64,000 bases of DNA from an uncultured Bacteroidota bacterium (GCA_902796805.1 CADBQG010000003.1:20131-84130), one strand, 5' to 3'. Positions 47,469-57,712 are shown, counted from the first letter of the stretch. Program-made: numbers and translations. The notes: a model not told the origin generated them from the letters alone.

Positions 47469-50366
47469 CTATTTCAGTATGACTTTGCGGGTCTGGCTGC
47501 AGTTGCCGGAAGTGAGGCGCAGCATGTAGATGCCTGCCGGAAGGACTCCGCGATTGATTCGCAGCGGGGTTCCGTCGGCATCCATGGTCTCGCGGCGGAG
47601 CGTGCGGCCGCTGATGTCGAGAAGTTCAACGCTCACCGCGCCGCTCACGTTCTTCACGCTTACCGCAAAATAGTCGGTTGCGGGATTCGGAGATATTGTA
47701 ACCGCCGCACTGCCGAAACTCTCTATCCCGACGGTTTCGGTCAGCACCAATGTTATCACGCTGTCGCATCCGTTCACAGTCTCGAGGTTTTGCACATAAG
47801 TGCCTGCCCCGCCCACGTTGAATCCGTGATTGTTGTAAGTCTCGCCAGGAGCCACACTGTCGTTGATTGTTATGTTGTAAGTAGGATTCACGGTTATGAC
47901 GATAGTGTAGGTTGTGTCTCCTGAAACCACTGTGTGCGTGCCTTCTGCTGAATAGGTGTTGCCGTTGAACTCATAGGTCTCGCCGTTGCAAATCGAGGCG
48001 TCGAGGGTTACAAACACCGGGTCGGGAGTTGTTCCACCTGTAACTGTGAGAACAAGGGTTATGACGCTGTCGCAGCCGTTCACGGTCTCGAGATACTGGT
48101 GATATGTGCCGCCTTGGCTCTCGTTGAAACCGTGTCCGGTGTATGTTTCGCCCTCGTTTATCGTGGCCTCGTAGGTCATCGAGAAAGTGGGGTTGACAGT
48201 AAGATTCAGTGTGATTACAGTATCGCCTTCATTTTCGTGTGAGACGATTATCTGGTATGTCCCGCCGATGCTGAAGGTCTCGCCGCCTATCACCACACTG
48301 CTGCCTTCACATATCGCTGTGTCTATGTTTACAGGGATGTTTTCATACTCGTGTGTTCCGTCTGAAACAACGATGTTGTCGATGGCCATGTTGTATCCGT
48401 CTTCGTAGTAAGCTTTGAAGATGATGTACCCGAACTCTTCCTGGGCGGGGATTGACACGGTTGCGCTCTTCCATCCGAAAGATTCTGAATATCCGTTCAC
48501 GGTGGTGAGAAGGCTTGCGTTCTCAACGGAGCCGTCGCCGCTGACATAGATCTCGATTTTTTCAGACATCGGCTTCCACCACATCTCTTCATTGTCGGGA
48601 TATTCCTCGAACAAGTCGAAGTCGAAGATTTCCTCCTGTCCGCATGTGTGATACTGGAACGTCAGGGTCTTTTCCTGACTGAGGTCTATCTGTGGAGAGG
48701 TGAGAGTTCCCCAGTTTCCGGCGGTGAACTGCCATGCGTTGAACTGCATCATGTTGTTTCCGGAGTAAGGCTGGTAGGGGGTGTTGTAGAAGTCGGCGTG
48801 GCCGCCTGCTGAAACCAACGCCCAGTTCTGTCCGGCAGCCGACGAGTTCAGTGTCCAGCAGGATACGCCGTTCTCAAAGCTTTCACTCCAAGGAAACTCG
48901 GTGATTGCCTCGCATGATGTTGTGAATGTGTAAGTTGCACTTGCCGCCGAGACCTCATCTTCGCCGCATACCGAAACAATGTAGAATTCATAAGTGGTTC
49001 CGGCGGGAAGGCTCTCGAAAATGTTGTAGTCCTCTTCGGCAATCTCTATCTCCTCGAAATCGGTGTCCTCCTCAGACTTGTAGTACAGTTTGGCGCCTTG
49101 CGCGTTGTTGGTGTATGTCCAGGAAACTGTTACATAGTCGCCGTCAACGTCGGCTACTATGTCCACGGGAGGCGTGCAGAAGGCAGAAGCCTCAACGTTT
49201 ATGTCGTCGATAAAGCAGCTGGGGTACAACGATGAGGAATATTCCCGGCTCAGCAGCAATGCGATGTAGCGTCCGTCGCCGGTGTATGCGGCAAAGTTTA
49301 TCTCCTTGTTCTCAAATCCGAAAGAAGTACCTTCGCGGGAAACGGTCTGCACGAGCTCGAAAGTGGAGGGATTGTCAGGGTTTGTCATCACGCCTACTGC
49401 AACAACCGTGGTGTTCTGCTGCGCGGTTTTGAATCTGAAACTCATCGTCAGGTTCTGTATTGAATATCCGTCGGCCAGTCTCGGCAGGATGGCGTATTCG
49501 GCGTCGGTGTCCATCAGCGTGAAGAACAGGCTCTGGTCGTAGTTGTCGGCGGCACTGCCCGGGCCCACGCACGGAGTGTAGTAGCCGAGGTATTCGTTGT
49601 ATTCTTCGGAAATACGTGTCCAGCATTCAGGCATTGCGGCGTATGCCTCATAGCTTTGGAAATCATCACTGTACGGTATGTTCAGAAAGCAGTCGTGGGT
49701 GGTGTTGCCTCCAAATGTGAAGAAAATGTCGGGACGTTCGGTTGTAGAGCTGTGGAAAGAGCCTGAGAGGCCGGACATCACCTCGTGAATGTCGAACATC
49801 TCGTCATCTTGCATCATCACCCAGCAGTGGTCCTCGTCGCTATCGTTTGTGTAGAGGGCTATCTCGTAGTCGGTGCCGCCGTAATACTCGTTGGACATCA
49901 CCCCTTCCACAAGCACTATCAGGTTGCCGCCGGTATAAGCGAAAGCCTGGCTGAATGGAAATTCATGCCAATAGTAGTCGAAAGGCGTTATGTTGTCGAG
50001 GGAACCGTCGTACACCAAAGTCGCGGAGTTGGTAATGTCGTACCACGACTGCGACAGGTCGAGAGTCTCATCGGACGTCTCTATCAGCCATATCTTCGCG
50101 GACGAGTACTCGAAGTCGTAGCCGTTGCCCGGGGCGATGCTGTACGACAGCGAGGTGATGTTTCCGGCCTCGTGGTTTATCTCCCCGGCCTCGTACAGAC
50201 AGGCGGATATGTGGAATCCGTAGGAGCCGGGCAGCACGCTGTAAGGCGAATAGCCTATGTAGTCGCCTGTGATGGTGTCGGAAGTGTTTTGCGCAAAAAG
50301 TGCGAAAAGCGGCATCATCAGCGCCGCAATCAGCACGAACTTTCTAATAGGTAGTGTTTTATTCAT
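47469..50366 (-). CDS. T9SS type A sorting-domain surface protein (beta-sandwich/Fn3 modules, GCDS repeats)
   Basis: Signal peptide, Fn3-like segment (VTVSW...LPAGTTYEFY), two ETVNGCDSVITLVLT repeats, CTD ISPNPA...DISGR...LPAGIYML...RKVILK. Confidence 0.88.
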   Translation of the reverse strand: MNKTLPIRKFVLIAALMMPLFALFAQNTSDTITGDYIGYSPYSVLPGSYGFHISACLYEAGEINHEAGNITSLSYSIAPGNGYDFEYSSAKIWLIETSDETLDLSQSWYDITNSATLVYDGSLDNITPFDYYWHEFPFSQAFAYTGGNLIVLVEGVMSNEYYGGTDYEIALYTNDSDEDHCWVMMQDDEMFDIHEVMSGLSGSFHSSTTERPDIFFTFGGNTTHDCFLNIPYSDDFQSYEAYAAMPECWTRISEEYNEYLGYYTPCVGPGSAADNYDQSLFFTLMDTDAEYAILPRLADGYSIQNLTMSFRFKTAQQNTTVVAVGVMTNPDNPSTFELVQTVSREGTSFGFENKEINFAAYTGDGRYIALLLSREYSSSLYPSCFIDDINVEASAFCTPPVDIVADVDGDYVTVSWTYTNNAQGAKLYYKSEEDTDFEEIEIAEEDYNIFESLPAGTTYEFYIVSVCGEDEVSAASATYTFTTSCEAITEFPWSESFENGVSCWTLNSSAAGQNWALVSAGGHADFYNTPYQPYSGNNMMQFNAWQFTAGNWGTLTSPQIDLSQEKTLTFQYHTCGQEEIFDFDLFEEYPDNEEMWWKPMSEKIEIYVSGDGSVENASLLTTVNGYSESFGWKSATVSIPAQEEFGYIIFKAYYEDGYNMAIDNIVVSDGTHEYENIPVNIDTAICEGSSVVIGGETFSIGGTYQIIVSHENEGDTVITLNLTVNPTFSMTYEATINEGETYTGHGFNESQGGTYHQYLETVNGCDSVITLVLTVTGGTTPDPVFVTLDASICNGETYEFNGNTYSAEGTHTVVSGDTTYTIVITVNPTYNITINDSVAPGETYNNHGFNVGGAGTYVQNLETVNGCDSVITLVLTETVGIESFGSAAVTISPNPATDYFAVSVKNVSGAVSVELLDISGRTLRRETMDADGTPLRINRGVLPAGIYMLRLTSGNCSQTRKVILK

Positions 50367-50707
50367 AACTTTATGATTTATTGTTAATTGTTATTTGTTC
50401 TGAACAATATTTCCCGGTCTTTATGGCGGTCTGCCTCCGTCTGCTGGAAACTGTACGCAAAAGTAGGTTAGGCGTATTGACTGGAAATAGCCTAAACAGG
50501 GTATTTTTGAAAGATTATTGACGATTTTTGATGATGATGAAGTGTGATGTCGCAAGCGCAGATGTGCCGTGTCGCAATCAGTTTCGGCCCCGCAAGGCGG
50601 TATGTTTTTTTTGGTTGCCCGGCGTTTCAAAAAAAAAGTACCTTTGCGCCAGTTTTAATCTTTAATCTTGACGTCGCATTGAGAGTCAAGAAAAATAGTT
50701 TGTTTAC

Positions 50708-51286
50708 GTGGACAAGAGGATTATACAATCAATTAGTGACAGTGTGTCGGTGAAGCAGGCGATTCTTGGCAACGCTGCGTTCCTGGAGCGCGTGCAGTCG
50801 GCTGCCGACATGATTGCCGAGTCTTTGAGAAACGGCGGCAGGGTTCATTTCTGCGGCAACGGCGGGAGCGCATCCGACGCGCAGCACCTCGCCGCTGAGC
50901 TTTCAGGCCGCTTCTATTTCGACCGCCCGCCGCTGAACGCCGAGGCACTGCACTGCAACACGTCATATCTCACCGCTGTGGGCAACGACTACGGCTACGA
51001 CATCGTCTTTTCCCGCCTACTGCAAGGCACCTCGAAGAAAGGCGACGTGGTTGTGGGCATCTCAACTTCCGGGAACTCAGCAAATGTTGTCAAAGCATTT
51101 GAAACCGCCAAGGAAATGGGCCTCAAGACCATAGCGATGACCGGAGCTTCGGGCGGAGAGATGAGGAAGACTGCCGACATATTGCTCAATGTACCCTCTG
51201 AAGACACACCGCGTATCCAGGAGTCCCACATAATGCTGGGCCACATCATCTGCGAACTCGTCGAAAAAAACCTATTCAAGTCATAA
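50708..51286 (+). CDS. gmhA: Phosphoheptose (sedoheptulose-7-P) isomerase
   Basis: CGNGGSASDAQH, GNDY, ISTSGNS, TPRIQESH. GTG start, TACCTTTG at 50639-50646. Confidence 0.95.
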   Translation: MDKRIIQSISDSVSVKQAILGNAAFLERVQSAADMIAESLRNGGRVHFCGNGGSASDAQHLAAELSGRFYFDRPPLNAEALHCNTSYLTAVGNDYGYDIVFSRLLQGTSKKGDVVVGISTSGNSANVVKAFETAKEMGLKTIAMTGASGGEMRKTADILLNVPSEDTPRIQESHIMLGHIICELVEKNLFKS

Positions 51287-51308
51287 ATCTCACTAAAAAA
51301 ATAAAAAA

Positions 51309-51743
51309 ATGAAAAAGTTTTTACCTTTAATCCTTATTGCGGTACTCGCATTCACCGCATGTTCCGACAAGAACCCCTATGCAGGCAAATATTCCGGAAC
51401 CTACACATTTGTTACCGACAAACTCGAGAAAAGCGGCAATATGCGCATCACATCAAATCCGTTGAGCAACGGACTTTTGATTTATGCAGTAGTGCCCGTT
51501 GACTTCGTGGAAGGCACAACCTACAGGACAAACAGCGTTAATGCCCAGATGATTACCCAGCTTCTCCAGTTGGTGGGAAACAATAACAATATATACAATT
51601 CAGCCACTGAACAGATCAAGAATGTTGCGATTGAGGCCAAATTCAGTGGAAACACAGTGTATGTCGACATGTATTACACACTTTCCATCATGGGAACTGA
51701 ACTGACAAGAGTCAGTATCGTCAAGTTCGTAGGAACGAAATAA
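51309..51743 (+). CDS. Hypothetical lipoprotein
   Basis: MKK plus hydrophobic stretch plus lipobox FTAC. Confidence 0.75.
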   Translation: MKKFLPLILIAVLAFTACSDKNPYAGKYSGTYTFVTDKLEKSGNMRITSNPLSNGLLIYAVVPVDFVEGTTYRTNSVNAQMITQLLQLVGNNNNIYNSATEQIKNVAIEAKFSGNTVYVDMYYTLSIMGTELTRVSIVKFVGTK

Positions 51744-51771
51744 TACTGGCTAAGAAATCTGATCTGTAAAT

Positions 51772-53271
51772 ATGAAAAGAAGGAATCTTGGGTTCGTGCT
51801 TGCAATGCTTTGGATGTCATGCGCAGCCCAAGATTCCGTTTTTTTAAATGACTACAAGATATTCTACTATCCGTCAGGAGTGAAATCGTCTGAAGGACGC
51901 ATTGTTGATGGAAAGCCGGAAGGCTGGTGGAAATCATACAACGAGAAAGGAGTCCTCATATCGGAGGGAAACAGGAAGAATTTCCTTCTCGACAGCCTCT
52001 GGGTGTTCTACAACGACGACTCTTCTCCAAAAATGACAGTCAATTACCTTGAAAACAAAAAGCACGGTGTTCAGACGGTTTACGGCGAGGACGAATACAC
52101 CGTGACACATTGGAAAAGCGACACAATAACTGGCTCCGTGAACACCTATAGGAACAACGGCACCCTTGTGAGGACGGTGCCCTACGAGGACGGCCTGCCC
52201 AACGGTCTCTCGAAGGAGTTCAACGACACCGGGCTTGTGGTTGCGGTTGCAAGGTACTACCGTGGCGTGCGCAGCCGCCGTGAACTTGTGAACCGTACCG
52301 ACCGGTTCGGACTGAAGCAGGGGAGCTGGAAATATTTCTGGGACAACGGGAATCTCAAGTTGGAGGCTCAGTATCTCAACGACAAAAGCCACGGCTTCTT
52401 CAAATATTACGACGAAAACGGCAACTTCCTCCGGGTGGAGAAGTTCGAGCACGGCAATTTGGTGCACGACGCCAAGGAGACCAAGCAGCTTGAGAGGAGG
52501 CAGACATACCATAACAACGGCCGCGTGGCGATTTCAGCGACCTATTTCAACGGCCGTCCCGACGGAGTGCGCCGGGATTTCGACACGGCGGGTAAAATTG
52601 TAAACGGCTACCTGTATGAAGACGGCTGGCTCCGGTATGAGGGAGTAACCGATCTGAACGGCCTCCGCCAGGGCTTGTGGAAAGAGTACTATCCTACAGG
52701 AGAGCTGCGTTCAAAAGGAAAATACAAAAACTCGCGTCAGATAGGCGATTGGTATTTCTATTTCCCCGACAAAACAGTGGAAATATCAGGAAGCTATGAT
52801 TCAAAAGGGAAGAAGTCGGGCGACTGGTTCTGGTTCTATCCCTCGGGCGACACCATGGTTGTTGCATACTATGAGGAAGGCGAACTCGAGGGAAGATATG
52901 TGGAATATGACGATGAAAACAGAATAGTGACTAACGGACAGTACACCGCAGGCTTTGAAGAGGGAAGATGGACATATACGAACGGAAGCGCCATTGAGAC
53001 AGGCATCTATGAGGGCGGGCTGCGCAGCGGCACCTGGAAATCGTACTTTGAATCAGGAAAGATAGCCTCCGAGGTTAACTATACCGAAAACATCTTGGAC
53101 GGAAAATACACCCTTTTCTGGGAAAACGGCAACTTGAGGCTTTCAGGAATATACAAGAACGGCCTGCAGGATGGAATCTGGCAGCAGTATAACGAGGATG
53201 GAATCCTGACACTTACAACACTTTTCAAGGAGGGTCAGGAACTTAAATGGAACAACTACACAATAAAATAG
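51772..53271 (+). CDS. MORN-variant repeat protein (YwqK-like)
   Basis: Many G-x-W-x2-Y/F-Y-x2-G repeats and a signal peptide. Confidence 0.88.
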   Translation: MKRRNLGFVLAMLWMSCAAQDSVFLNDYKIFYYPSGVKSSEGRIVDGKPEGWWKSYNEKGVLISEGNRKNFLLDSLWVFYNDDSSPKMTVNYLENKKHGVQTVYGEDEYTVTHWKSDTITGSVNTYRNNGTLVRTVPYEDGLPNGLSKEFNDTGLVVAVARYYRGVRSRRELVNRTDRFGLKQGSWKYFWDNGNLKLEAQYLNDKSHGFFKYYDENGNFLRVEKFEHGNLVHDAKETKQLERRQTYHNNGRVAISATYFNGRPDGVRRDFDTAGKIVNGYLYEDGWLRYEGVTDLNGLRQGLWKEYYPTGELRSKGKYKNSRQIGDWYFYFPDKTVEISGSYDSKGKKSGDWFWFYPSGDTMVVAYYEEGELEGRYVEYDDENRIVTNGQYTAGFEEGRWTYTNGSAIETGIYEGGLRSGTWKSYFESGKIASEVNYTENILDGKYTLFWENGNLRLSGIYKNGLQDGIWQQYNEDGILTLTTLFKEGQELKWNNYTIK

Positions 53272-53384
53272 TTGTTTCTTTCGTTGAAAAAAGTATCTTT
53301 GCCGTTTCGTGTCGGGCAAGGTGTGTAAAGTCGGACTGAATATGTGTTTGAGGTTTCGGCATTTCGTTTTAATTAGAGAATATT

Positions 53385-55001
53385 ATGAGTAATAAATATT
53401 TGGTAATCATCTTATTGGCATTTTTTCCGTTTCTGCTTTGGTCGCAAGAAACCACTTTTCAACCCGACAGTTCTTCTTCAGGTTCGGTGAATGAAAACAT
53501 GGAGATTTTTGCCAGGCGTGAGATAAGAATCATGGATTCGCTGCTTAACTTGTGGTATGTGAAGCGAGATTTGGCGAGCCAGAATTCCGTTCTTTCAAAA
53601 CTAACAGACGATACAACCAAATACGACAGCAACGATTCGTTGATTTTCAATCGTTTAAGCCAGATTAACTCTCCTATCAAAGTTGCTTACAACAACAGGG
53701 TGAAGCGTTTCATCGAGCTTTATTCTGTTCAGCGGCAGCGCAGTTCCTCGGTGGTATTGGGCTTGGCACAGTACTACTTTCCGTGGATGAAGGCCATATT
53801 CGACAAGTACGGTCTTCCGGAGGAGTTGGTTTACATAACGATAATAGAGTCGGCCCTCAACCCAACGGCGGTTTCTCCCGCCGGCGCAACGGGGATATGG
53901 CAGTTCATGTACGGGACCGGGAAGATCTACGGCCTTGAGGTCGACTCGTATGTTGACGACCGTCGCGACCCCTACAAGGCCACCGACGCCGCCGCAAGGC
54001 ACTTCCGCGACCTCTACCGGATTTTCGGCGACTGGGGACTTGCCATCTCGGCATATAACTGCGGCGCTGGCAATGTACGCAAGGCAATCCAACGTTCGGG
54101 CGGGAAAACCGACTTCTGGGGTATCTGCAACTACCTTCCGCGTGAAACCCAGAACTATTTCCCGGCGTTCATCGGGGCCATGTACATGATGACCTATCAC
54201 AACCTCTACGGCATACAGCCCGCTGAAATCAAGATACCCACCGATGTCGACACCGTGATGGTTGACAGCGAGTTGCACTTCAGGCAGGTGGCCGAGGTGA
54301 TGGGAATCAGTTATGACGAGATAAAGTCGCTTAACCCTCAATACAAGCGCGACATAATCCCGGCGTTCAACAACTCGCTGCGGCCTCTCCGCCTACAGTC
54401 CGCCGATGTGGTCAGGTTCATCGCCATGAGCGACTCGGTTTACAAATATGACCACGACCAGTATTTCAGTCCTTCGAAGAACCTTGACGTTCTTGCATCA
54501 AATTCATCTGTTGATGAAGACGGTACAATTGTGCAGAAGACACCCAACAAGTACCACGTTGTGAAAAAGGGGGAGACACTCGGCAAGATTGCCTCCAAAT
54601 ACCGCACCACAGTGGCTTCCATCAAGTCGATGAACCATTTGCGCGGAACCACGTTGAGGGCAGGGCAACGGCTGTTGGTAAAGAAAGGCACCACGATAAG
54701 GGTTGCCAATCCTAACCCGAAGCCGCAGGCTCTTGACACCGTGAAGTCCATAGCCCAGAACATAGTGTCAGACACAACAAACGCTGCCGACACCGCAAAA
54801 CACGAATTGCAGGTAAAGCCGGTGATAATGCCTGTGCAGAAGCAGATCGACTATACTTCATACACCATCAGGCAAGGCGACACACTCACGTCCATCGCCC
54901 GCCGTTACGGCACCACTGCCAACGACATCGCCCAGTACAACAACTTGTCGAACAAGGACGCGATAAGGATAGGGCAGAAGTTGAAAATACCCAAGAAATA
55001 A
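53385..55001 (+). CDS. mltD: Lytic murein transglycosylase D-like (SLT + 2 LysM)
   Basis: IESAL, GATGIWQFM, AYNCG, LPRETQNY, LysM HVVKKGETL and YTIRQGDTL. TATCTTTG at 53294-53301. Confidence 0.92.
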   Translation: MSNKYLVIILLAFFPFLLWSQETTFQPDSSSSGSVNENMEIFARREIRIMDSLLNLWYVKRDLASQNSVLSKLTDDTTKYDSNDSLIFNRLSQINSPIKVAYNNRVKRFIELYSVQRQRSSSVVLGLAQYYFPWMKAIFDKYGLPEELVYITIIESALNPTAVSPAGATGIWQFMYGTGKIYGLEVDSYVDDRRDPYKATDAAARHFRDLYRIFGDWGLAISAYNCGAGNVRKAIQRSGGKTDFWGICNYLPRETQNYFPAFIGAMYMMTYHNLYGIQPAEIKIPTDVDTVMVDSELHFRQVAEVMGISYDEIKSLNPQYKRDIIPAFNNSLRPLRLQSADVVRFIAMSDSVYKYDHDQYFSPSKNLDVLASNSSVDEDGTIVQKTPNKYHVVKKGETLGKIASKYRTTVASIKSMNHLRGTTLRAGQRLLVKKGTTIRVANPNPKPQALDTVKSIAQNIVSDTTNAADTAKHELQVKPVIMPVQKQIDYTSYTIRQGDTLTSIARRYGTTANDIAQYNNLSNKDAIRIGQKLKIPKK

Positions 55002-55018
55002 GACTTGCGGGAGCAAGT

Positions 55019-56029
55019 TCAAACGCGGTTTATCTCCATTTCCAACTCCACTCCGAACTCGTTTCTCACGTCGCTGACAATCATGCCGGCAAGGTTCAGG
55101 ATTTCGTCGGGAGAGGCGTTGCCGTAGTTCACCAACACCAAGGCCTGTTTCGGGTAAACGCCCGCGTTTCCCACTCTTCTGCCTTTCCAGCCGCATTTCT
55201 CTATAAGATGCCCTGCCGACAGTTTCTTGTTGCCGCCGTCAGCGTCGAACACGACGAGGTCGGGGTGCTTTTCGAGCAGTTTTGCGCAAAACCCATCAGA
55301 CACCACCGGGTTCTTGAAAAAACTGCCGCAGTTGCCCAAAATCCTGTAGTCGGGAAGTTTGGAGTCCCTTATCTCTCGTACAGTGTCCGATATGGCCTTC
55401 AAGGTAGGCTCAGAATATCTGTCGCTGATCGTTTTCGCCAGAGCGTTGTACGAGAGATTGAAACGCTTCTTTCTTGAAAGCCTGAAAAAGACGTGTGTTA
55501 TCAGGAAGTCGCGTTTTGTGTTAGCCTTGAACACGGAGTTCCTGTATGAGAATCCGCATTCGGCGTTCGAGAACTCGCTGAGCTGTTTTTTTGAGAAGTC
55601 GAACCCCGACACCTTGAGTATGCAGTCTTTCACCTCCACGCCGTAAGCGCCGATGTTCTGCACGGGCGCGCTGCCTACAAGCCCGGGGATAGCAGTGAGG
55701 TTCTCGAGTCCGTAGAGTTCGTTTTTTATGCAGAAGTTTATGAGATTGTCCCACTCCTCGCCCGCCGCGGCGCACACCACCACGCTTTCGGAACTCTCTT
55801 CCACGATTTCAATCCCGGTGATTTCCGGATGGATGATTATCCCGCCAAAGTTCTTGGTGAAAAGGGTGTTGCTGCCTCCGCCGAGTATGTAGAACTTCTC
55901 GTTTTTGAGAATGTTTTCTGAAAAATCCTCAAGTTCTTCGACACTGTCGATGCAGGCAAATGTGCTGCACTGCACATCGATGCCGAATGTGTTGTTGTTC
56001 TTAAGACTGTGGTTTTCTGTTATTTTCAT
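55019..56029 (-). CDS. murB: UDP-N-acetylmuramate dehydrogenase
   Basis: NTFG, GGGSN, IPG.VG.APVQNIGAYG, YRNSVFK, GSFFKNP, LVN, LEME. Confidence 0.96.
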   Translation of the reverse strand: MKITENHSLKNNNTFGIDVQCSTFACIDSVEELEDFSENILKNEKFYILGGGSNTLFTKNFGGIIIHPEITGIEIVEESSESVVVCAAAGEEWDNLINFCIKNELYGLENLTAIPGLVGSAPVQNIGAYGVEVKDCILKVSGFDFSKKQLSEFSNAECGFSYRNSVFKANTKRDFLITHVFFRLSRKKRFNLSYNALAKTISDRYSEPTLKAISDTVREIRDSKLPDYRILGNCGSFFKNPVVSDGFCAKLLEKHPDLVVFDADGGNKKLSAGHLIEKCGWKGRRVGNAGVYPKQALVLVNYGNASPDEILNLAGMIVSDVRNEFGVELEMEINRV

Positions 56030-56042
56030 CGCAAACAGGAGG

Positions 56043-56720
56043 TCAGATGGAGTGGCTGTAGTTGCGTTCGCCGAAAATGGCGCTGCCGATGCGCACCATC
56101 GTGCTGCCTTCCTCTATGGCGATGCCGTAGTCGTGGGTCATGCCCATGGAAACCTCTTTGAAACAGTCGCTTTCTTTGAAGAAATTCTCTTTCAGCCTTT
56201 CGAAAATCTGCCTGAGGTTTTTGAATTCACGGCGCACCTGGGTCTCGTCATCAGTGAATGTGGCCATGCCCATCACCCCGTGAATTTCCACGTTATTCAG
56301 CAGTTTGAAACTTGGACTCTCCAGCATTTCGATGCATTCCTCAAGCGAGAAACCGAATTTTGTCTCCTCGGCGGCGATGTGGAATTGCAGCAGGCACGGA
56401 ATGACTCTGCCGTTCTTTGCGGCGATTCTGTCCACCTCCTCGAGTAGGCTGAAACTGTCTATGCTGTGGATTAGTGTCACGAAAGGGGCGATGTACTTGA
56501 TTTTGTTCTTCTGGAGATGCCCGATGAAGTGCCATTCTATGTCTTCGGGGAGAGATTCATGCTTGCCCTTGAGCTCTTGGGCCTTGTTTTCGCCGAACGC
56601 TCTCTGTCCGGTGTTGTAGAGCCGCTCTATGTCTTCAGCGGGCTTTGTCTTGGATACGGCGACAAGTTTCACGTTCTCCGGCAGCGCGGCGCAAATCTCT
56701 CTGTAACGGTTAATATCCAT
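56043..56720 (-). CDS. yggS: YggS/PLPBP pyridoxal phosphate homeostasis protein
   Basis: LVAVSKTKP, FGEN, WHFIGHLQ, SMGM, MVRIGSAIFG. Confidence 0.95.
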   Translation of the reverse strand: MDINRYREICAALPENVKLVAVSKTKPAEDIERLYNTGQRAFGENKAQELKGKHESLPEDIEWHFIGHLQKNKIKYIAPFVTLIHSIDSFSLLEEVDRIAAKNGRVIPCLLQFHIAAEETKFGFSLEECIEMLESPSFKLLNNVEIHGVMGMATFTDDETQVRREFKNLRQIFERLKENFFKESDCFKEVSMGMTHDYGIAIEEGSTMVRIGSAIFGERNYSHSI

Positions 56721-56735
56721 AGCGTTCTCTCTTAG

Positions 56736-56809
56736 TGACCCCGGCGGGATTCAAACCCACGACTTTCAGAACCGGAATCTGACGTTCTATTCAGCTGAAC
56801 TACGGGGCC
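56736..56809 (-). tRNA. tRNA-Arg(CCG)
   Basis: Acceptor GGCCCCG/CGGGGTC, anticodon arm TCAGA-TTCCGGT-TCTGA, T-arm GTGGG-TTTGAAT-CCCGC. TACCTTTG promoter at 56819-56826. Confidence 0.93.
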
Positions 56810-56847
56810 AAGGCGCGGCAAAGGTACAAAAATTATCCGTATTGCCG

Positions 56848-57708
56848 CTATCTGAATTTTCGGTGGTTCAAAAACCTGTTTTCCTTTTCTATCTCTGAAA
56901 TTCTCGCAAATGTTTCCTCGTCGAAGAACGACTCGGCGATTTTTTCTTCAAGATAACTGACAGCCAGGTCGTTAGGATGACACAGATCCCTGCCGTAGAA
57001 GCGATAGTCGCGAAGGTCGTCCATAAGGTATTCGAAAGCCGGGAAGTAGAACGTGGTTGTGTTGTCGACAAGTTTTTCAGTTGACAGAATGAGCGAAGCC
57101 TTGCTGATGGAGTTGCCGTGGGCGCCGTCGCTGAGATGCCTTACCGGGCTCACCGTGAATATGATTTTCATCTCCGGACACGTTTCGGTGAGTTTGCTGA
57201 TGAGGCCTTTCCAAAGTGATACAATCTGCTTCGTGTCGAGGCGTGTCCTCTCGAACTGATGGTTCGGAATTTTGTGGCAGTTCGACACTATCAGGTCTTT
57301 CGGGATGAACTTGTAGCAGTATGCGGTTCCGAAAGTGATGAAAAGATACCTGGTTTTCTGAAGAAACTCGTGTCCATCGTGCAATTGCCTTTCAATGTTG
57401 CGCTCGAAGTCCTCGTAAATCTCGTTCGAGAACTTGCCATGGTGCGCGAAGCTGACCCACAGGTCGCGATATTTGTGGAAATACCTGTCTTTGTCGAATT
57501 TTTCGGGTTCGAGCATGAATTGCATGGCCCTTTCGATGGAGACTGGGTTGAAGAGCACTCCGAACGGGTTCGAAGACACGTCGAAGCGGCGCGTTGCGAA
57601 GTAGTGTCCGATGTTGTCGGAAAAGCACGACCCGACAAGCATTATGGAGTCTTCCGTTTTTATGCTGAAGGGGAACTGTGGGGCTGGCAGTATTGTTCTG
57701 AATTGCAT
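56848..57708 (-). CDS. GSCFA domain protein
   Basis: GSCFS, NPFG..FNP, TFGTA, CHK.P, TVSPVRH, YFP.FE..MDDLRDYRFY. Confidence 0.9.
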   Translation of the reverse strand: MQFRTILPAPQFPFSIKTEDSIMLVGSCFSDNIGHYFATRRFDVSSNPFGVLFNPVSIERAMQFMLEPEKFDKDRYFHKYRDLWVSFAHHGKFSNEIYEDFERNIERQLHDGHEFLQKTRYLFITFGTAYCYKFIPKDLIVSNCHKIPNHQFERTRLDTKQIVSLWKGLISKLTETCPEMKIIFTVSPVRHLSDGAHGNSISKASLILSTEKLVDNTTTFYFPAFEYLMDDLRDYRFYGRDLCHPNDLAVSYLEEKIAESFFDEETFARISEIEKENRFLNHRKFR

Positions 57709-57712
57709 GACC

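Noticed and set aside
51772-53271. YwqK-like protein as a toxin-antitoxin component
   Set aside because: The similarity is only to generic MORN-variant repeats. There is no adjacent toxin and the context is envelope housekeeping.
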